The notes under the pieces: model-generated
What the model was told of the DNA's origin: nothing
Seen by the model: the letters and a program-made list of their open reading frames with translations, nothing else
The model's database searches: none
Assembly (NCBI GenBank): GCA_949740725.1
Contig: CATJIO010000174.1
Span: forward strand, 8,137 to 72,136
DNA length: 64,000 bases
Direction of reading: 5' to 3'
DNA from: an uncultured Lachnospiraceae bacterium
Lineage (GTDB): Bacteria > Bacillota > Clostridia > Lachnospirales > Lachnospiraceae
Made by a program: the position numbers and the translations under genes
Part shown: piece by piece, positions 59,849 through 64,000 of the stretch
Layout of the letters: each line of letters begins with the position of its first letter
How positions within the stretch are numbered: position 1 is the stretch's first letter

Positions 59849-59855
59849 ATACCAC

Positions 59856-59879
59856 CGTTATATTTTTGAAAATATAACG
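59856..59879. promoter_or_regulatory. ModE-type operator
   Basis: Perfect palindrome CGTTATATTTT-TG-AAAATATAACG, matching the 24-bp CGTTATAT-N8-ATATAACG ModE box. Confidence 0.65.
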
Positions 59880-59906
59880 AAAATTACAATTCAGGAGGAA
59901 TGGAAA

Positions 59907-60962
59907 ATGGATACTAAGAAAATGTTGGCCCTTTGGGGCGTGCTGCTGGGAGGGATTGCCGGGGCGCTGGCATTCTTCGGAAATCCGGGAAATATGGCCT
60001 TTTGCATTGCCTGTTTCGTCAGGGACATGGCCGGGGCGGCCAGGTTTCATCAGGCGGCCATTGTTCAGTATATGCGGCCGGAAATCATGGGATTGATCCT
60101 GGGGTCTTTTGCCATCGCTCTCGCCGGAGGGGAATACCGCTCTACTGGAGGATCGTCTCCGATGATCCGCTTCTTGCTGGGGGTGATTACCATGATCGGC
60201 GCGCTGATTTTTTTAGGCTGTCCTCTGCGGATGGTGCTGCGGATGGCAGGAGGAGACTTAAATGCGTACGTGGCCTTTGTGGGCTTTGGCTTTGGGGCGG
60301 CAGTGGGAAGCTTTTTTCTGAAAAGAGGCTTCAGCCTGGGGAGGGCCTATGATACGCAGAAGACAAGTGGGTATGTGCTTCCAGGAATTATGGCGCTGCT
60401 GCTGGCCCTTAGCCTGACGACTTCCGTTTTCACCGCCAGCACAGAGGGACCGGGCAGCATGCATGCGCCTCTTCTCCTTGCCCTGTCCGGCGGCCTTCTC
60501 TTCGGCGCCATTGCCCAGAAGGCCAGGACCTGTTTCGCAGGGGGAATACGGGATGCGATCCTGATGAAAAACTTTGACCTTCTGACGGTAATCGGGGCAT
60601 TATTTGCAACAATGCTTGTTTATAATGTGGCAGCTGGGAAATTCGCCCTTGGCTTTGCAGGACAGCCGGTGGCCCATACGGAACATATCTGGAACTTCCT
60701 TGGTATGTTTACTGTGGGGCTGGCAGCAGTCCTGGCAGGGGGATGCCCTTTGCGGCAGCTGATTCTGGCGGGACAAGGATCGGGAGACTCTGGGATTTAT
60801 GTGGTCGGCATGTTTGTGGGAGCTGCGATCTGCCATAATTTTGGATTGGCCTCCAGTGGGAATGGAACTACAGCGGCGGGAAGGATTGCCTGTGTGGTCT
60901 GCATTATCTTCTTGCTGGCTGTGGGGATGGGATGCAGGAGGGAGAGCGCTATCAAAAAGTAA
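59907..60962 (+). CDS. yedE: YedE-family putative selenium transporter
   Basis: GNPGNMAFCIACFVRD, QYMRPEI, GCPLR twice, multiple TM segments. Confidence 0.9.
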   Translation: MDTKKMLALWGVLLGGIAGALAFFGNPGNMAFCIACFVRDMAGAARFHQAAIVQYMRPEIMGLILGSFAIALAGGEYRSTGGSSPMIRFLLGVITMIGALIFLGCPLRMVLRMAGGDLNAYVAFVGFGFGAAVGSFFLKRGFSLGRAYDTQKTSGYVLPGIMALLLALSLTTSVFTASTEGPGSMHAPLLLALSGGLLFGAIAQKARTCFAGGIRDAILMKNFDLLTVIGALFATMLVYNVAAGKFALGFAGQPVAHTEHIWNFLGMFTVGLAAVLAGGCPLRQLILAGQGSGDSGIYVVGMFVGAAICHNFGLASSGNGTTAAGRIACVVCIIFLLAVGMGCRRESAIKK

Positions 60963-60984
60963 AATAGATAAGGAGGAAAACAAT

Positions 60985-61188
60985 ATGGAAATCGATGTCA
61001 GAGGGTTGTCTTGTCCAGAACCGGTTTTGATGGTTATGGATGCTATGGACGAAAACCCGGGGGAAAGGCTAGTGGTGCAGTCCGATGCGGCCCATACGCG
61101 GGACAATCTGGTAAAGCTGGCTCAGACCGAGGGGCGGAAAGCGACGGTTTCTGAGCATGGCAGGATTTACGAAATTGTGATAGAATAA
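60985..61188 (+). CDS. TusA-family sulfur/selenium carrier
   Basis: [12 protein letters not shown]; AAGGAGG RBS; start trimmed from ORF track. Confidence 0.85.
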   Translation: MEIDVRGLSCPEPVLMVMDAMDENPGERLVVQSDAAHTRDNLVKLAQTEGRKATVSEHGRIYEIVIE

Positions 61189-61243
61189 GATAATCCTTCA
61201 GACGGCAGGCATGCCGTCTGAAAGGCTGGTACAGAAAAGAGGG

Positions 61244-62275
61244 ATGAGATTGAAGGAAGAACAACCAGTATTTTGTAAAGGCGGTGGATGCACGGCGAAG
61301 CTGGGGCCGGGGGCGTTAAGCCGTGTCCTGGAACAGATTCCAAAAACTTATGATCCGAATCTGCTTATTGGCTACGACAGCTCTGATGACGCTGCGGTAT
61401 ATCGTCTGAGCGATGACCTGGCCATTGTGCAGACGCTGGACTTTTTTCCACCTATGGTGGAGGATCCTTATACCTTCGGCCAGATCGCCGCGGCTAATGC
61501 GCTGAGCGATATCTATGCCATGGGCGGGGAGGTGAAAACCGCATTAAATATTGTCTGCTTCCCAGAATCTATGGATTTAAATATTTTAGGGCAGATCCTC
61601 TTAGGAGGCAGCGAAAAGGTGCGGGAAGCAGGAGGTGTGCTGGCGGGGGGACATTCCATCGCAGACCAGGATGTGAAATACGGTTTGTCTGTGACCGGGG
61701 TGATTCACCCAGGCCGGATATTTGCTAATAACGGATGTCAGGAGGGGGATGTGCTTCTGCTGACTAAGCCGCTTGGCGTGGGGATTGTGTGCACGGCTTC
61801 CCGGGTGGGAGAGGCGTCGAAGGAGGCCATGGATCTGGCGGTAAAGTCCATGACCACCTTGAATAAATATGCGGCAGAGACAGTGAAAAAATACCGTACT
61901 CATGGCTGTACCGATGTGACGGGATTTGGCTTCCTGGCTCATCTGTGTGAGATGCTGGGAGACCGGTTCAGCGCGGTGATCCATCAGAAGGCGATTCCTT
62001 TTATCCCAGAATGCCCAGAGTATGTGGAGGAGTTTTACCTGACCGCCGCCGGTCAGCGAAACCGAAATCATGTTCAGGACAAAGTTCAGTTTGTGGACTG
62101 CTCCTTTGCCATTGAGGAGATCCTCTACGATGCCCAGACCTCCGGCGGCCTTTTGGTCAGCATGGAGGCGGAAGACGGAGAGAAGGCCTTGGAGGAATTA
62201 AAGGCATTGGGCCTGCCCTGCGGCATTGTAGGACGTGTGGCAAAAAAGGGCAGGAAGACAGTGGTGGTTCAGTAG
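61244..62275 (+). CDS. selD: Selenide, water dikinase (Cys form)
   Basis: [50 protein letters not shown]. Confidence 0.95.
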   Translation: MRLKEEQPVFCKGGGCTAKLGPGALSRVLEQIPKTYDPNLLIGYDSSDDAAVYRLSDDLAIVQTLDFFPPMVEDPYTFGQIAAANALSDIYAMGGEVKTALNIVCFPESMDLNILGQILLGGSEKVREAGGVLAGGHSIADQDVKYGLSVTGVIHPGRIFANNGCQEGDVLLLTKPLGVGIVCTASRVGEASKEAMDLAVKSMTTLNKYAAETVKKYRTHGCTDVTGFGFLAHLCEMLGDRFSAVIHQKAIPFIPECPEYVEEFYLTAAGQRNRNHVQDKVQFVDCSFAIEEILYDAQTSGGLLVSMEAEDGEKALEELKALGLPCGIVGRVAKKGRKTVVVQ

Positions 62276-62415
62276 TCGATATTCAGGAAGGTGTTTTTTG
62301 CAGGGAAAACTACAGAACCCTTGGACAGCGCACGGAAGAAAAAATAGCAGGTGACTGGACATAATGTGGAAGGGATTGGCTTAAGTGAAGAAAAATTTAG
62401 AAATGGAGGACGGAG

Positions 62416-63099
62416 ATGAGGCTGGATGAGAGAGGAAAACCATGCCCGCTGCCAGTGATTGAGGCGAAGAAGGCACTGGAAAAGGTGGAGCCGGGGGACA
62501 TGGTGGAAGTTGTGGTGGATAATGAGATTGCTGTACAGAATTTAAAAAAACTTGCCAGCCATAAGGGGCTGGAATCTACTTCTGAACGGATGAGCAGTCA
62601 GGAATTTGTGGTGTCCATCAAGGCCGGGGCAGGGAAAGCACCTGAGCAGGACAGGTTATTCAATCAGAAGGGGGCGTCCGGTCAGGCCAATACCGCTGGT
62701 CAAAGGGAAGATGGGGGCCAGGAAGAGGACAGGGAAATCACCTGCCAGCCAGATATCCGGGATAAGAGTATGGTGGCAGTATTATCCTCAGACCAGATGG
62801 GGCAGGGAGATGAGGCTTTGGGAAGGCTGTTGATGAAGGGCTTTGTCTATGCATTGACTCAGCAGGACAAACTTCCGGGGACAGTCCTGCTCTATAATGG
62901 AGGCGCCAGGCTTTCCTGTGAAGGCTCAGATTCTCTGGTGGATTTGAAGGAGCTTCAAACCCAGGGGGTGGAGATCTTAACCTGCGGCACCTGCCTAAAT
63001 TATTACGGGTTGGGAGAGAAGCTGGCCGTGGGCTCGGTTACCAATATGTATGAAATCACAGAGCGGATGACTGGTGCAAAAAAGCTTGTGCGGCCTTAG
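62416..63099 (+). CDS. yedF: YedF sulfurtransferase-like selenium metabolism protein (TusA plus DsrE-like domains)
   Basis: RGKPCPLPV, VDNEIAVQNL, LGRLLMKGF, YNGG, CGTCLNYY, VGSVTNM. Confidence 0.9.
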   Translation: MRLDERGKPCPLPVIEAKKALEKVEPGDMVEVVVDNEIAVQNLKKLASHKGLESTSERMSSQEFVVSIKAGAGKAPEQDRLFNQKGASGQANTAGQREDGGQEEDREITCQPDIRDKSMVAVLSSDQMGQGDEALGRLLMKGFVYALTQQDKLPGTVLLYNGGARLSCEGSDSLVDLKELQTQGVEILTCGTCLNYYGLGEKLAVGSVTNMYEITERMTGAKKLVRP

Positions 63100-63162
63100 C
63101 CGGACAGATCTCCCGGCAGACCAGAGGGCAAAAACAATACGCAAAGAAAGGAAACAAGGAAA

Positions 63163-63990
63163 ATGTCTAATCGCAGCAGCCAGTTTATTATCGTCCGGGG
63201 AGGCGGGGATATTGCCACCGGGACCATTCATAAGCTTCACCGGTGCGGATACCCGGTGCTGGTTTTGGAGACTGGATATCCCTCGGCCATTCGCAGGCAT
63301 GTGGCCTTTTCTGAGGCAGTGTACGATGGTTTCAGCGAGGTGGAAAATGTCCGGTGCATTCATGGAAAGGATTATGAGGAGGCAAAGGAGATTCTGGCCG
63401 GAGGAGATGTAGCCCTTTTAGTGGATCCGGAATGCAGGGTATTGGAGAGGGCGCGTCCCTGGGCGCTGATCGACGGCATTCTGGCGAAGAAAAATCTGGG
63501 AACCAATCGGGATATGGCGGACAAGACCATTGCCCTTGGGCCTGGGTTTTGCGCAGGGAAGGATGTGGATCTGGTGATTGAGACCATGAGGGGCCATAAC
63601 CTGGGACGAATTATCGGGAATGGCTGTGCGCTGCCCAATACTGGAATTCCCGGGAATATTGCGGGATTTGGAAAAGAACGGGTGATCCATTCCCCGGCCA
63701 GGGGGATTCTCCGGGGACTCTGCCAGATTGGGGATAAAGTGAAAAAGGATCAGCCAATCGGGGTGGTGGTCACCGGGCAGGGGGAGGTGATGGTGAAAGC
63801 CACCATGGACGGGATTCTCCGGGGGTTAATCCGTTCTGGCTATCCAGTAACAGAAGGGCTTAAGATTGCGGATATTGACCCGAGAGAATCAGAGTTTGAA
63901 AACTGTTTTACTATCTCCGATAAGGCTAGGTGCATCGCTGGTTCGGTGCTGGAAGGCCTGCTTTACCTGGAAGAAAAGCAAGGGAAATAA
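63163..63990 (+). CDS. yqeB: Selenium-dependent molybdenum cofactor protein YqeB
   Basis: VRGGGDIATG, IRRHVAFSEAV, DGILAKKN, ETMRGHNLG, KIADIDPR, ISDKARCIAG. Confidence 0.93.
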   Translation: MSNRSSQFIIVRGGGDIATGTIHKLHRCGYPVLVLETGYPSAIRRHVAFSEAVYDGFSEVENVRCIHGKDYEEAKEILAGGDVALLVDPECRVLERARPWALIDGILAKKNLGTNRDMADKTIALGPGFCAGKDVDLVIETMRGHNLGRIIGNGCALPNTGIPGNIAGFGKERVIHSPARGILRGLCQIGDKVKKDQPIGVVVTGQGEVMVKATMDGILRGLIRSGYPVTEGLKIADIDPRESEFENCFTISDKARCIAGSVLEGLLYLEEKQGK

Positions 63991-64000
63991 GCCATGTGTA

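Noticed and set aside
63994-64000. Start of the next gene (ATGTGTA)
   Set aside because: Only 7 nt visible; cannot be identified

Overview
Chromosomal window from a spore-forming Clostridia bacterium, most likely Lachnospiraceae (inferred from gene content and order). From left to right: (1) ftsEX-envC-like-ctpA cell-division block; (2) a long minus-strand run with threonine aldolase, ferredoxin, ATP-grasp protein, two esterases, hydE, a PHP phosphatase, a SWIM-SNF2 helicase and a DUF6348-like protein; (3) an uncharacterised catabolic operon at 16.6-25.2 kb (YheO-type regulator, SDR, ribose-type ABC transporter, cyclic amidohydrolase, N-carbamoyl hydrolase, RidA); (4) uracil permease, a radical SAM gene, and a divergent pair of a degenerate MocA-like/ModE-HTH fusion and a yqeC-mocA fusion; (5) housekeeping genes (MATE, ilvE, thrS), small sporulation-type genes and an ECF sigma/anti-sigma pair; (6) the known anaerobic purine/urate degradation cluster (NCS2 permease, carbamate kinase, ygeW, ygeY, dpaL, YheO-type regulator, ssnA, ygfK, DUF3343, Se-dependent xdh, hydA); (7) a small AT-richer insert whose Imm51-like gene is broken by a 209-bp TA-targeting MITE; (8) the selenium-cofactor operon yedE-tusA-selD-yedF-yqeB. 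Best leads: the pseudo-enzyme/ModE fusion together with a perfect ModE-type box upstream of the selenium operon, the orphan cyclic-ureide/nucleoside catabolic operon, and the precisely reconstructable MITE insertion. No rRNA, tRNA or CRISPR array was seen. All family assignments come from motif recognition by eye, not from database searches.
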